A DNA stretch of 64,000 nucleotides from Eledone cirrhosa (GCA_964016885.1 OZ024743.1:287122001-287186000), one strand, 5' to 3'; positions 13,101 to 26,572 are shown, counted from the first letter of the stretch. Translations and numbers: made by a program. Notes: generated by a model from the letters alone, not told the origin.

Positions 13101-13491
13101 TAGTAAAACCTACTCCAGCCAGTAGGCATCTCTAACAAAATACACCCCGTCCCACCACCACCACCCCCACCCCATCCACACCACCCCGTTCTATGTAAAG
13201 TTATGTTGGTGCCGCGCCATCGAGGCCGAAACAAATGAGATCGTGTAGGTGTCACGACAAAAAAACACACAGTCCACGCTGTAATGTGGCCGTGTAGGCA
13301 ACACAGTAAAAACCTCCCAGACCCACACTGTAAATGTGGTTGGTGTTAGGAAGGGCATCCAACTGTAGAAAACCTGCCAGACAGTCCTATGCGAGCAAGA
13401 CAATCACTCTTGCCTCAAGTGGGACTACCCCCGTCCAAACCCATGCAAGCGTGGAACACGGACGTTAAACGTTGATGATGATGATGATGAT
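10200..13491 (+). mobile_element. RTE-clade LINE copy A (APE endonuclease + RT), slightly 5'-truncated, in THAP intron
   Basis: Open frame to 13095 with AYAPQ, GDLNGHVG, QVDYIL, FVDLEKAFD, QGSVLSP, YADD and GRPRKTW motifs. 3'UTR and (GAT)n tail. 48-bp in-frame deletion relative to copy B. Confidence 0.97.
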
Positions 13492-13498
13492 ATATATA

Positions 13499-13667
13499 TC
13501 ATCATCATCATCATTTTACGTCTGCTTTTCCCTGCTTGCAAGGGTTGGACGAGTCCTCTTAAGCACAGCATCTCCCCATTCGGCACGGTCTCTTGTCATC
13601 GACTCTGAGCTTCAGCGATCTGAGGTCAGCTCTCACCACCTCCGTCCATGTTTTTCGTGGTCTTCCA
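13499..13667 (-). mobile_element. 3' end of a different RTE family, tail-to-tail with copy A
   Basis: Minus strand reads GRPRKTWTEVVRADL, followed by a short UTR, a CCCTTGCAAGCAGGG hairpin and (GAT)n. Confidence 0.75.
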
Positions 13668-16270
13668 CATATATGTATATATATACACACACATACACAT
13701 ATATATATATATATACACATACATATATATGAAGCAGAAGTTACTTAAACATCAAGATATGCTGGGAGTGCCATGTCAATGTTATACTTCAGCTCATTAT
13801 TTTCCTGCAATATAATCTCATCCATTATTACATTAACAATATACTGGTTGTGTTCACTCACTTGTGTGTGTATGGGGAGGTGGGGGGCATTATTGTCCGT
13901 TTTATGTATATTTTTCCAGGCTCGCATGTATTGGGTGAGACTTTTGTGGCAATAATCTACTGCCATTTACAGCCGGATGTTCTTTCTAATTACCAGTCCA
14001 TACTTTATTTTTTAAGTATGGTATATAATGCTCATCTTTGTTGAATGAGTTAACTACAGGATGGATGTGTGTGTGTGTATTTATATCATCGTTTTTATGT
14101 CTTCTTTTCTAGTATTCTACAGTCAGATACACTCCCTGATTGTTAGCCCATACTATATTTCTATGTTTGATGTATAAGGCTCATCCTTGTGACTGGTTAG
14201 CCATGGGATATATTGTTTATGCAGGACATAAACAAACATTGTCACTTGCTTTAATTGGTGCTGACATGAAAATGCACACTTACATACACACACAGCAAAC
14301 TTCCTCAGTTTCCATTTATGAAATTCATTCACAAGGCATTGGTCAATCTAAGGCTATAGTAGAAGCCACTTGCCCAAAATGGCATGCAATGGGACAGAAC
14401 CTTAAATCACATAGTTATGAAGTGAACAACTTAACTACATTATATATATATATATATATATATATATAGGTGCCACGGCAAAAAAGCACCCAGCCCACAC
14501 TGTAAAGTGGACGTGTAGACGCCACGGAAAAAAGCACCCAGCACTCACTATGCCTTGGACCAGACAGTGCTCACAACAGGACAACCCGTCTAACCCATGC
14601 TAGCATGGAAGAACGGACGTAAAACGGTGATGATGATGATATATAATGGAAAATGGTTGTTTTGGAAGCCTCTACAATGCAGATGGGTAAATCTCTGGGT
14701 AACAAAATTAGGTGGCAGTAGGAAGAGAAATGTAGACAGAGACATAAAAAGAAAACCAGAGATGGAGTTACCATAGAAGAGATATATTAGTCCCTCTATT
14801 TTGGATTTCACATCCATTGATGGGATTTTCCAAAGGGAACAATGTGTGGCTGTCTTTATCTGACATTTGCATTTGATTAATTGATATCGTGTGTTAGAGA
14901 CTATTCTCTAACAGGCACGCATGCACATGATATCGGTGCAGTCATTCAAAGTTCATTAGAGTTAGTAATCGTCATCGCTAGGCCGTGGGATGGTTAGGTT
15001 GCATGCACGCAACAACAGTGTTGCCGATTCCTTGTGTTCTGATAGTGATAGGTAAGTGGGTGTAAGTTGGTGACAGATGTAGTAGTAGTAGTGTCTGTCC
15101 GTATGCTAGTCAGCTGGCGATATACACAATATAGAATAACATTCACTCGTCTGTTATTGTATGTGTTGTCATTCTATTTAAACCAGCCATCTCATTTCAC
15201 TCCTCTCGGATTGGTTATTGATTTGTAGTTCTAGACGTTTTATCCAAAGTGCTTCCTTGACCCTTATTTATATATCATCATCATCATTGTTTAATGTCTA
15301 ACTTCCACACTAGCATGGGTTAGACGGGATTGTCCCATTTAGAGGCAAGTTTGGTCAGGTGACCATGTATCACTTATATAGGACTGTATCTGGCTGGATA
15401 CCCTTCCTCACGTCAACCGCATTTACAGTGTATGCTGGGTGCTTTCGGTTGTGACACCTACACGACCACGTTACAGTGGGCTGGATCTTTTGTGGTATCA
15501 ACATAATATATATATATCATGATATATATATATATATATATATTTGTGTCTATACATATATCATCATCACCACCACCGTTTTGCATCATTTTTCCATGCT
15601 AGCATGAGTACGACGAGCTGATCTGTTGTGGGCAATGCAAGGTCAGGTGACCATGTCTTGCTCATACAGAACTGACTCTGGCTTGGTTTCTACAGCTGGA
15701 TGACCTTCCTAATGCCTACCTCATTTACAGTGTGAACTGGGTGCTTTTTGTCACGACACTTACACGATATATATGTATGTATGCATTCATGAGTGAATAA
15801 CAATAATAATAATATTAATATTCGGTTTGTTTGCAAACAGTCTCATTACACCGTGTATTCAAGATGACTAATATCATCCTTTTGTTCCAGCAAGGATGAT
15901 GTTAGTTGTCTTGAGCACATGGCGTAATGAGGCTGTTTGCTTGCAAATGAACTGAATATTAATAAAATGATTATATTATTGTTATTCACTCATGAATGCA
16001 TTTACGTATCTGCCATGCTAGAGTGAAAACAAATTGTTTATATATATATGACAGACTTAATACAGCTTGTCTTCTATCAAATTCACTCAATGTTTGAGTC
16101 TATAGTAAACATGCTTGAGGTGGCATGCACCTAAGACCACATGATTATGAAGTGGATTTCTTAACCACACAACCATGCCTGTGCCTAATTACTATAAACA
16201 TTTTTTATATCTAATACTGATGTTTATAGTCTATCTTATTCTCAACATTCTTTCTGTCCTTGTTATTCAG

Positions 16271-16551
16271 GAAAACCTGTGGATGATCCTACTCACATTG
16301 ACTATGTTCCAACTGTATGCAATACAGCACATCAGACCAAAAAACAGAAGAAATTACCAAATTCATATAGATCTCTCAAACAGTTCCATCCCAATACAGA
16401 AGCAGCTTATGAAGCTGCAGAAGCTCTTATAACTCTGGCTAAAACACAGAATACCGAAACATCTTTGAATTCTACAAGTGACAACACAATCTCTGTCAAA
16501 TCTATTGGACATCTAATTTCAGACACATCAAACTTTTCAGATAGGAAATAA
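16271..16551 (+). CDS. THAP-domain protein, coding exon 2 (product ~162 aa)
   Basis: Pyrimidine-rich acceptor ttattcAG|GA matches phase 1 and gives G-KPVDDPTHIDYVPTV, the C-terminal AVPTIF-type box that completes a THAP domain. Stop TAA at 16549-16551. Confidence 0.8.
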
Positions 16552-18083
16552 ATGTGGCTACTACACAAAAAAAAAAAAAAAAAAAAAAAAAAATTGCTAT
16601 AGCTACTGCAACAACAAAATACAGAAATAACAATAGCTAATGCACCAGCTACTAACAACAAAGAAAGTTCATTAAAAAATTCAGTTTTCCATTTCATTTT
16701 TGGAGTCTCAACCCTGTTGCAAACATTCAGGCCTGGTCTCTGGTTTGAGGATACTTTCCAACAGTCTCAAAGACCCTGATGAAACAATAAAGAAAAGAAA
16801 GTCCATCCTGAATGGAAGTCACTGTTTGACATCAGATATACATCATTGTAAATTCTGTTATTTAGCAGAATCATTAGAGCATCAAACAAAATATACCTTA
16901 TAGTATATAAGTTATAGACTATTGTTGTCAGAGTTCAAATCCCAGCAAGAGTAACTTTGCCTTTCATCCTTTGGGTCAATAAAATAAATGACTAGCACTG
17001 GAGTTGAAATAATCAACTAACTCTGTCCTCAAAGTTTCTGGCCTTGTGCCTATGTAAGAAACAATTATTATAAGAAATCTTTTTACACTATGTCTGACAA
17101 ATTGCAATACTATACTATATTCAATGCTTACAGTTATCTTTCAAGTCATATCCACTTTTAAAAAAATACCAATTTTTTTTACATGTTTAAGCTTGGCTGT
17201 GAGGTTAAAAGGTTTGATTTGCGAACACATGGTTTTGGGTTCAATCACATTGTATGTCACCTCTCAACCTACGAAGCTAATTCATAAGGCCATGTTAGCC
17301 TGAGACTATAATAGAAGACACCTAAGGCTTGACACAATAGGACCAAAACCTAAACTACATGGTCGGGAAAGATTTCTTTTATTGGTTTCAGTCATTAGAC
17401 TGCAGGACATAATTTATTGACAAACTAGTAAGTCACAAGACATAAGCAAACAGCAAACAGTAAATGTAAATATTTTTTTGAGAATGGCACAGGTTGGCTT
17501 ATATATCATCAAATTAGACTAGTAATAAATTGAACTGTGTCAATTATATCTGCTTACGCATCTCAAACTGGTCTGGAGACTTACTAAAAGACGGGTTCTA
17601 CAAGTCCCTAAAGCACACTTCTTCCCAAATAAGCAACGATGACTTCATAATCATTGCAGGTGACTTTAATGGGCATGTTGGACAACATGCCCATTAAAGT
17701 GGGCACGGATCCACGAGGGTTATGGGTTTGCTAGAAATGAGGAAGGTTTCAGGCTCCAGGAATTCTGTGATGTCAATGATCTATCTATCTGTAACACAAA
17801 CTTCAAAAAAAAAAAAAAAAAAAAAATTCAACATAATCACTTGATCAGGGAAGCATACCAGCCAGATATATTCTAATCTTACCAGAAGACGAGACAGAGA
17901 GCCACAGTTGTAAATACAAAGTCCCTCCCTGATCATCATCATCATCATCATCATCATTTAACGTCCATTTTCCATGCCAGCATGGTTTAGATGGTGTCCA
18001 ATTTTAGACAAGTCAGATCAGGTGGCTGTATCTAACCACTAAGCTATGTGCCTCCATATATACAGAGAGAGAGAGAGAGAGAG

Positions 18084-18116
<33 letters not shown>

Positions 18117-19950
18117 CACAACTGGTCTCTGCACCATTTCTGTCTATCAAATTTCACTCATAAGACATTGCTTAACCCAAAGCTATAGTAGAAAACACTT
18201 GCTCAAGGTACAATGCAGTGAGACTGAACCAAAAACTACATAGCTGCAAAGTAAACTTGTTAACCCTACAGCAATGTCTCTAGTTTTGAAATTATAAGCT
18301 TAGCTGTGAAAATAAACAAGTGTAAAAATAATTTCACCATTCTTCCTGCATATAGGAAAACATATTGCCTTTATGCATTTCACAACTTTTTAGCTGTTCA
18401 TTAAAAAGGTAACCGTACACTTCTGCCTACTAAGAAAATTCTATAACAATCACTGTATATCAAACAGGATTTAGAACTTAACTGAAATGGCTAACTTAAT
18501 TTGTATAAAGTAAATTCATTTGGCAACATAAATAAAATATTTACATACAACACAGCATATATAAGAAGATTTAAAATAAATTTAATGTAGGTATAACTAC
18601 AGTTATTAAATTATCAGCTTGGCTGTGAGAATAAATGTAAACACTTTTGTTATTTACTTTCACATAGCTATCATAAATGACTTTCATTAACCTTATAAAT
18701 GAAACATTTACAGGATTTCAATGGAAACTGTTTCCTCTTGTTTTATTAAGACACATAGAACATCAGCACTGAGCTAATAAAACATGGCTGTTTGATAGAA
18801 ACTGATGTCATAATAAACGTTTTTCGTTTATAATCTTATCAGCCAAAAGAGAATAAAAGAGAGAGAGACAAACAGACAGAAAAAGTAACCCCCCCCCCCC
18901 CCACACACACACACACACACCCTTTCATTTTTGTCCTTTTTCCTTGGTGTCATGGGCTGGCCAAATCCTTGAAAGTACAGGAGTTTTTCTAAGAGAAGAA
19001 GTTTCTAGCTCAAGCCCTTCTCTGTTTCTGGAAAAAGTGATGTTATGAGTGATCTCCCATAACCCTTTTCACAATGCAAATGAGAGAGAGAGAACCAGAA
19101 ATGGAGAAGACTCAATCTAGAGAGAGGGGCAGAAACAAAAATGGAGAAGACTCAATCTAGAGAGAGAGAAAGAGAGTCAGACATAAAAAGCCTGAGTGAG
19201 AAGAATCAAAGCACTCACATTGATTAATTGTAGAAAATATTTTAATATTTCATACAAAATAAAACTTATAAAAAAAAATCAGAAATAGTAAAGGGTTTTT
19301 AAAAGAACATGTACTGACTACTATATCTATCTTCCATAGTAGAAACAGGTCTTGTGTGCATTTACAATTAGAAGCAGCTAACTTTTGCTTGCTTTATTTG
19401 GCTTTTTTTTTTCTTTTCGATGGATGCATCATATTTATTTTAATTTGTAATTGATTTTTTATTAATTTTCCATTACTTCAGTTAATTAATTTCTTAGTGA
19501 CTAATAATTACATCAACCAATATAACCCTGACTCAGAAATTTTTCAACTTTACAAAAAGTGATGGGTTGAAAACAAAGCAAGTTTAAAAAAAGAAAAGAT
19601 AAAGAATAATTTTATTTTTACCACTTCTGGCTTAGCCTGATTTCTGTAATTAAAGACTATTTTTTTTTCTTTATTTCTCCACTCTGGACCTCTGTGGAGG
19701 AGTGCACTAAAAGTTCAGTGAAACATTGTAAAATACCAATAGTTATAGCAATGTAATCGACCAGCAGTTGATGTTGTCTATTCACAATTATGTTCGGAGT
19801 TCAAATTCTGCACCCTGTCCAACCCATACAAAGCCGGCATGGACAGGTAGGCCTAAAATCAGCATAGTTGCTGAGGTGTCACCCTGCACTGGTTCGAAAA
19901 ATACACAATTACATACTTCTATTCGCTATTAAATAGTGAGCTTATGTGCA

Positions 19951-19989
<39 letters not shown>

Positions 19990-20066
19990 TAGAATTTTGT
20001 TTTTGTTTTTTAAAAAAAAAGTAAGTTCTGATTCTTTTAACTTTTACGATCACAGTAAGATTTCAA

Positions 20067-20955
20067 TCATAGATAAGAAGACAAGCAAAGCTTCTGTTTT
20101 TCTTCATCAGTCATTGTTAAAAGCTTTTGGTTAAAGTCTGAAAAGTCCACATAAGATTCTACCTTGCCATCATTGTCCAAATGCAGTCTTGGAGTGGAAT
20201 GATACTGAGCAGGGATATGGGATGAGTCACCACTGCTCTGTGTTGAATTCGTATTAGTACCAGTAGCAGTACTTGTCTGAGAATTAATAGTTTGTTGTGT
20301 TGAGGAGGGGCTATTCATGGTGGTCTGTGTTGACGACCGACTACTATCACTTTCGCTTGTATTAATAGGGGACATGTGAGACGGGGTATGGAACTGTATG
20401 ATGGAAGAGGTATTGCCGGTAGGACCACTATTGCTTATTAAGTTATTCGCCCCATAGGTCATTATGTGTGAACTGACCAACTGAAGGGGGAGTGGTGATG
20501 TGTCTGAAACAGAGCTACCACTTGATATCTGAGAGTATAAACGGTGAATGGTAGGACTGGTTACTTGCGAATACAATTGTTGCATGCGCATACGGGATCC
20601 AGGGGGGCTGCTACCACTGCTTCCAAGAGGATAGTTGAAACTGCGAACGAGAAGTGAAATATCTTCCCGCATGTGTACATGGTGTCGCCATTCTGGTTTA
20701 TTGTGAGCATCTTTGTGATAACTTACGACTCGGTTTACAACTGCTTGGGCAACGCCCTTCAACGTAGATTGGACTAAAAATTCTTGTACTATTAGTGAGG
20801 CAATATAGCAATTGGCGTCCTCAGTAATTGTTGGGATATCTTCTATGGCTTTATAGAGACCATGTGACATAATTAACAGGAAAGCAGGTGAACCATCAAT
20901 TTGAAAACTATCACACAGGTAAGGTTCTGCAATCACAGGCTCAGCTGTTGCAGAT
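20067..20955 (-). CDS. TAB1: TAB1 terminal coding exon 7
   Basis: PVIAEP...GLYKAIE...VAQAVVNRV...EDISLLVRSFNYPLG, then a Ser/Thr-rich linker and C-terminal DGKVESYVDFSDF (human TAK1-binding DGRVEPYVDFAEF). Poly-T acceptor, TGA stop. Confidence 0.96.
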
Positions 20956-22545
20956 CTGAAAAAAAAAAAAAAAAAGAAAGAAAAGTATACTTGTAGAGAA
21001 ACAAGATTTTAAGTAATGTCAGAATAAAAAGCAAACTAAAACAGCTTCATTTAAATTAAAAACCAAATTTATAACATTTTTTTTTTACAGCCTCAGAGAC
21101 TGGAAAAGATAGTAAACTGTAATAGCCTAGAAGGAGTAACGTCTGCAAAAGGGCACATAATGGGGAAAATACTTTGAAAGGAAGTTGACCCTGAAATGGG
21201 AATACAAATGGAATAAAACAAGTTTTGTATAAATCGGACCACGGGTTCCCAAAATATGGGGTTTTTCCGGGTACTTTCATAAACAGAGAGAGAGAGAGAG
21301 AGGTAGTGGTTGTGAGAGACATAGAGAAAGGGAGAGGAGACAGAGAAGGAGAATGTAAGAGAGCCGGTGGTGTTGTGTATATATATATATATGTGTGTGT
21401 GTGAGTGTGTATGTATATATATCATCATCATCGTTTAACGTCTATCTTCCACGCTAGCATGGGTTAGACAGGTATGTGTGTGTGTGTGTCAATGACCAGT
21501 GTATATAGATCACAGACACCCAAATATATATATACACACACATTTATATATATTTCCATACACACACGTATATATATGGGCCTTCCAGTTTCATTTCACA
21601 TTATATACATGTCTGTGTATATTTTAATTATTTAAAAATTATTTTTAAGTGAACATGATTTTAAAAAATATTTTGAAGTGAACATGACCCAACAGGTCAC
21701 AGTTAGTCTAGTATTTATCTAAAACCTTCCATCATAATTTTATGTTCAGCTTAATAATGAAAGTGTTAGTTATATTACTAAATCCTTCAAAATTCTTGAT
21801 TATTTTCAAAATTACAAGAAGTGTCAACATGAGAAATATGATAAAAGGTTAAGATGGGATATTTTTTTAATTGTATAGTGAAAGAGGAATAGCAATACCC
21901 ATAACACTTTTTTGAAGCCTCTGAGACTCATGAGAGAGAGATGATACTCACAAACCCAGTCCTAATGTTTGCAATCAAAGCACCCAAGGGTATTTATGCT
22001 AGTGTTAAACTGGGTGATGGATTAAGTCTACCATCCAAATAGACAACAGAGGGATTTACAGAGAATGCAAAATGCAGGAATAAACACCACAAGACATCTT
22101 ATCTGATATGCTTATAGTACCACCAATCCACTGATCTGGATTGGTATTATATTTTATCAATCCTGGAAAAATGAAAAGCAAAGTTGACCTTGATGCGATT
22201 TGAACTAAGAGTGCAGAGAGCTGGAACAGACATTATAAACATTAATATGCTAAATATCATTTAGATTAGAAACTACATTAATTTATAAACCTCTTCTACT
22301 GCTACTAGTATAGCCTCTACTCTTCAGAGCTGGATGATTTCAGAGTTCCCCCACTCAGGCACTCCCAACTTGCTCATCACTCATGTTATATCTAACACCT
22401 CAGACCTCACCCTAACTACCACACCCAATATTTTCTGCTCAGAATGTCAGCCCTGTGGAACATCAACATCAATCTCTCCAGTCAAGGAGTAGCTGTAAAG
22501 GTTATGGGCAGTGTTTTTTTCTTTCAGAACTACCAAAATAATAAT

Positions 22546-22924
22546 TGTTTCTACTTTTGGCACAAGGCCAGCAATTACCCAGTGCATTACTGGTACTTTA
22601 TTTTATCCACCCCGTAAGGATGAAAGGCAAAGTTAACCTCAGCGGGATTTGAACTCAGATCATAAAGGGAGGTAACTATGCTTCAAAGCATGGCGTCCGA
22701 CCCTCTACCGATACTGCCAATCCACCAACTACCAAAATAATAATTGTTTCTACGTTAGAGACAAGGCCAGCAATTACCCAGTGTATTACTGGTACTTTAT
22801 TTTATCGACCCCGTAAGGATGAAAGGCAAAGTTAACCTCGGCGGGATTTGAACTCAGAATGGCAAGGGCCGTAACTCTAGGCGTCAAAGCATGGCGTCCG
22901 ACCCTCTACCGATACTGCCAATCC
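22546..22924 (-). mobile_element. Two tandem SINE copies in TAB1 intron 6
   Basis: Reverse complement of the 9744 SINE twice, separated and flanked by ACTACCAAAATAATAAT. Confidence 0.9.
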
Positions 22925-22964
22925 ACTACCAAAATAATAATAATATCAAAATAGGTTTCCCTAC

Positions 22965-23190
22965 CTGAGATTCTCAATATCTTTGTAGCCAGCTTTTACA
23001 CTGTAATCACCAATACAACGAGTGTTTTCAGACTTTCCTAATTTACGGAAGATTTTCAATTTTTCAACATCTAAACCCAAATGTCGAAGACGTCTAAGCT
23101 CATCTTCATTGGAAACAGTGTGATCAACCGATAGCTGACTGACATGAAGCGATCCATTTTCAGACTTACAAAATAAAGCACGGGTATTTC
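22965..23190 (-). CDS. TAB1: TAB1 coding exon 6
   Basis: GNTRALFCKS...VSQLSVDHTVSNEDELRRLRHLGLD...TRCIGDYSVKAGYKDIENL closely matches human TAB1. ctatAG and GTAG boundaries. Confidence 0.95.
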
Positions 23191-23907
23191 CTATAGAAAA
23201 GATAAATAGATAAATACATAAATAAAACAAATGATATGAAATTGTGCATCTGGCTGTAAAACATTGCCTCAAAAAGGAATCCATGATTTGTATAAAGTCT
23301 CGAAAGGCCCACAAGGTTAACTCCAGCTTTAGCAGGGTAAGTGGCCTTAAAACTTTTGTTGTTGTAAACAGATGTTGTACTTTGATAGCGTCATAGTGCC
23401 AATAAAAGCACATTATCATTCTATTAGATAATTAGTTAATTACCATATCTTGGAGTATTTAAGACACACTTTTTAACTTAAAAATTTGATATTAAAATCT
23501 GCCTGCATCAAATAAAAATCTTAAATACTACTACAACTTTTTTCTCCAAAATAAGGGTGTATTTTATATAGAGAAAAATTCAGTAATTGATTAACAAATT
23601 TTTCAGAGTTCTTTCAATACAACCTGTAATTTTATTCAGGATATATGTGTGTGAGTGTGTGTGCATATCTATGTATATGTGTGTGTGCTTGCATTTCTTT
23701 ACATCAAAAGGTAACAGCCATTTGAGAAATAGAGATTAATAATATAAATACAAGGTTGAAATAATTAGTGCTGAAGTTGATATGATCAACTAAAACCATT
23801 GAAAGCAGTGCCACAGCATGGCCATAGGCCAATGACTGAAACCAGTAGAAGAATAAAATATAACACATACACACACATTCACAGATAGATTAAATAGACA
23901 AACTTAC

Positions 23908-24034
23908 CAACATTGATAACAAATAGTTTGTTTTGATGAATAAGTGCAACAGTAGCAGTTGTACCTCCAGAAATTTTAGCTTCAACTTCATGAATTTTTT
24001 TCTGTGTATCTTGAGATAGCTCATAATGTAAGTT
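23908..24034 (-). CDS. TAB1: TAB1 coding exon 5 (different frame from listed ORF)
   Basis: NLHYELSQDTQKKIHEVEAKISGGTTATVALIHQNKLFVINV-G vs human ISGGAMAVVAVLLNNKLYVANVG. cacAG acceptor, GTAAGT donor, phase 1. Confidence 0.9.
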
Positions 24035-25272
24035 CTGTGTTGAGAAAATTCAAATATTGTATACTTGTTTGAATAATCACCATATATACTCATATATTCA
24101 TAAATCACATTATTCTATTTACTTACAAAAAAAAAAAAAAAAAAGAAAACTATTATGAAAAGCCACATGTGACTTATCTACCAAACCATGTTCTGAGTTT
24201 AAAATATCGAATAATTGTTTCTTTTGGCACAAGGCCAGCAATTATCCCAGTGCATTACTGATGCTTTATTTTATTGACCCCATAAGGATGAAAGGCAAAG
24301 TTAACCTCGGCGGGATTTGAACTCACACCATAAAACATTAAATAATGATTTCTACTTTAGGTATATGGCCAGCAATTTTGGAGGAAGGAAAAAGTCGATT
24401 AAATCAACCCATTACATGTCAACCTCGAAAGGATATAAAGTAAAATTGACCACAGAATGTAAAGAGCTGGAACAAATATTGCAAAGCATTTTATCCAATG
24501 CTCTTATGATTCTGCCAATCCACTGCCCTAATATGAAATATTAAATAATGAAACCAATATATTAAAAACAACTTATATATGAGTATATATGGTACATAAA
24601 AATATTTTCATAGCAAAGTGAAAAGGACGAAAAAAAGAAATTAAATGCATGGAAATGAAGTTTCCTTTCTTTTTATTATTGATATTTTAAAGGAAACATT
24701 ACTTTTTGGCATCTTTCTTATTGGATGTTCAATTTTTATTGCAAAGGAGAGAAGTTTTGCTGGAAATGCACTCTCTCATTATTGAATAAGATAAATCACC
24801 CTATGAGGGTAGGCTGAGTATGAAGGAGTGATGCTAGAGATGGATTTGAAATCTCACATGCATTGATTTCAACTCTTCTTATTAATAACTGCCTTGTTTC
24901 TTTCCAGGGATTATGTTGAAAAATAAACCCCATTTGGTCATTCCATGATAGTATCTTTATAGACTTTTCAGCCAACTCCCATATGTTCACTAAATATTTA
25001 TTTTAAATACATTTTAACTGTAATATTTATTACTTTAATATTCACATACAGCTGCTCTTTTAGTCAGGTTGTGCATCTTCAGTGTGAGTACTGAGAACCA
25101 AAACAAATACTGTAGAGCATTTAACCCAACACTAACATGCCAATTCATCACTATATAAGATTAACATCAACATCATCATCACCATTTAATGTCCATTTTT
25201 CCATGCTAGCATGGGTTAGATGAGTTGTCCCATTGTGAGACAAGCCAGATCAGATGATAGTGTCTTGCTCTT

Positions 25273-26572
25273 ATAGAATTGTTTCTGGCTTAGTTTATAC
25301 AGTTGAATGCCTTTCCTAATGCCAACCACATTTACAGCGTGGACTGGGCGCTTTTTGTTGTGACACCTACACAACCACTTTACAGTGTAAACTGGATGCT
25401 TTTTTCGTAGCACCTACACAACCATTTTACAGTGTGAACTGGGCACTTTTTGTTGTGACACCAGTGGGGAGGTACGTGAGGTTTGGAGAGGTAGATCTAG
25501 GATAAAGCCCTTATCTGGTGAAAGGTGGGGGTGTAGGGATGTGGATGAGGGTTGGTGTGTTGGGACATGTGTGGAGTGTTATGATGTGGGAGGTGGGGGT
25601 GGGGAAGTAGTACATACTAAATGTATGTTTTAACTCAAGCACATGGGAAGGTGAGTCTTCTGTATTACTGCATAACACCAAAGATCTCGATCTTGTGTCA
25701 CTGCCTTTGAAAGGTGTAATTGTGCACAAGGTCAGCTTTTATCACCTCATCCCAAGTCTTCCTACTCCATGGCTTCTATCAATTTTGATCGCCCTTGCAC
25801 CTTTTTATACAGCTGTTATCCTTCATACACATCACATGTCCGTACCAACGCATTTTCCTCTCCTGCACATTTCATCTGATTCTTCTTATGCCTAGTTTCT
25901 CTCTCAGTTCATTTATGCTTTGATAGAATTGTTTCTGGCTTAGTTTATACAGTTGAATGCCTTTCCTAATGCCAACCACATTTACAGCGTGGACTGGGCG
26001 CTTTTTGTTGTGACACCGACACAACCACTTTACAGTGTAAGCTGGATGCTTTTTTCGTAGCACCTACACAACCATTTTACAGTGTGAACTGGGCACTTTT
26101 TGTTGTGACACCAGTGGGGAGGTACGTGAGGTTTGGAGAGGTAGATCTAGGATAAAGCCCTTATCTGGTGAAAGGTGGGGGTGTAGGGATGTGGATGAGG
26201 GTTGGTGTGTTGGGACATGTGTGGAGTGTTATGATGTGGGAGGTGGGGGTGGGGAAGTAGTACATACTAAATGTATGTTTTAACTCAAGCACATGGGAAG
26301 GTGAGTCTTCTGTATTACTGCATAACACCAAAGATCTCGATCTTGTGTCACTGCCTTTGAAAGGTGTAATTGTGCACAAGGTCAGCTTTTATCACCTCAT
26401 CCCAAGTCTTCCTACTCCATGGCTTCTATCAATTTTGATCGCCCTTGCACCTTTTTATACAGCTGTTATCCTTCATACACATCACATGTCCGTACCAACG
26501 CATTTTCCTCTCCTGCACATTTCATCTGATTCTTCTTATGCCTAGTTTCTCTCTCAGTTCATTTATGCTTTG
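25273..26572. repeat. 650-bp tandem duplication of an old RTE 3' fragment
   Basis: 25273-25922 and 25923-26572 are near-identical (2 mismatches seen); identical ORFs are offset by 650. Confidence 0.95.

Noticed and set aside
10153-13403. Many minus-strand ORFs repeated at each RTE copy
   Set aside because: Antisense shadows of the LINE ORF; they recur only because the copies are near-identical.
14642-15272. Possible solo LTR
   Set aside because: Composition is suggestive, but no clean TG...CA termini, TSD or second copy were found.
16552-16903. Coding-looking extension after the THAP stop, and similarity of ~16744-16775 to ~269-310 as element ends
   Set aside because: Interrupted by a stop, poly-A and a frameshift. 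A third similar segment near 21915-21962 (-) points to an old dispersed repeat rather than termini flanking the gene.
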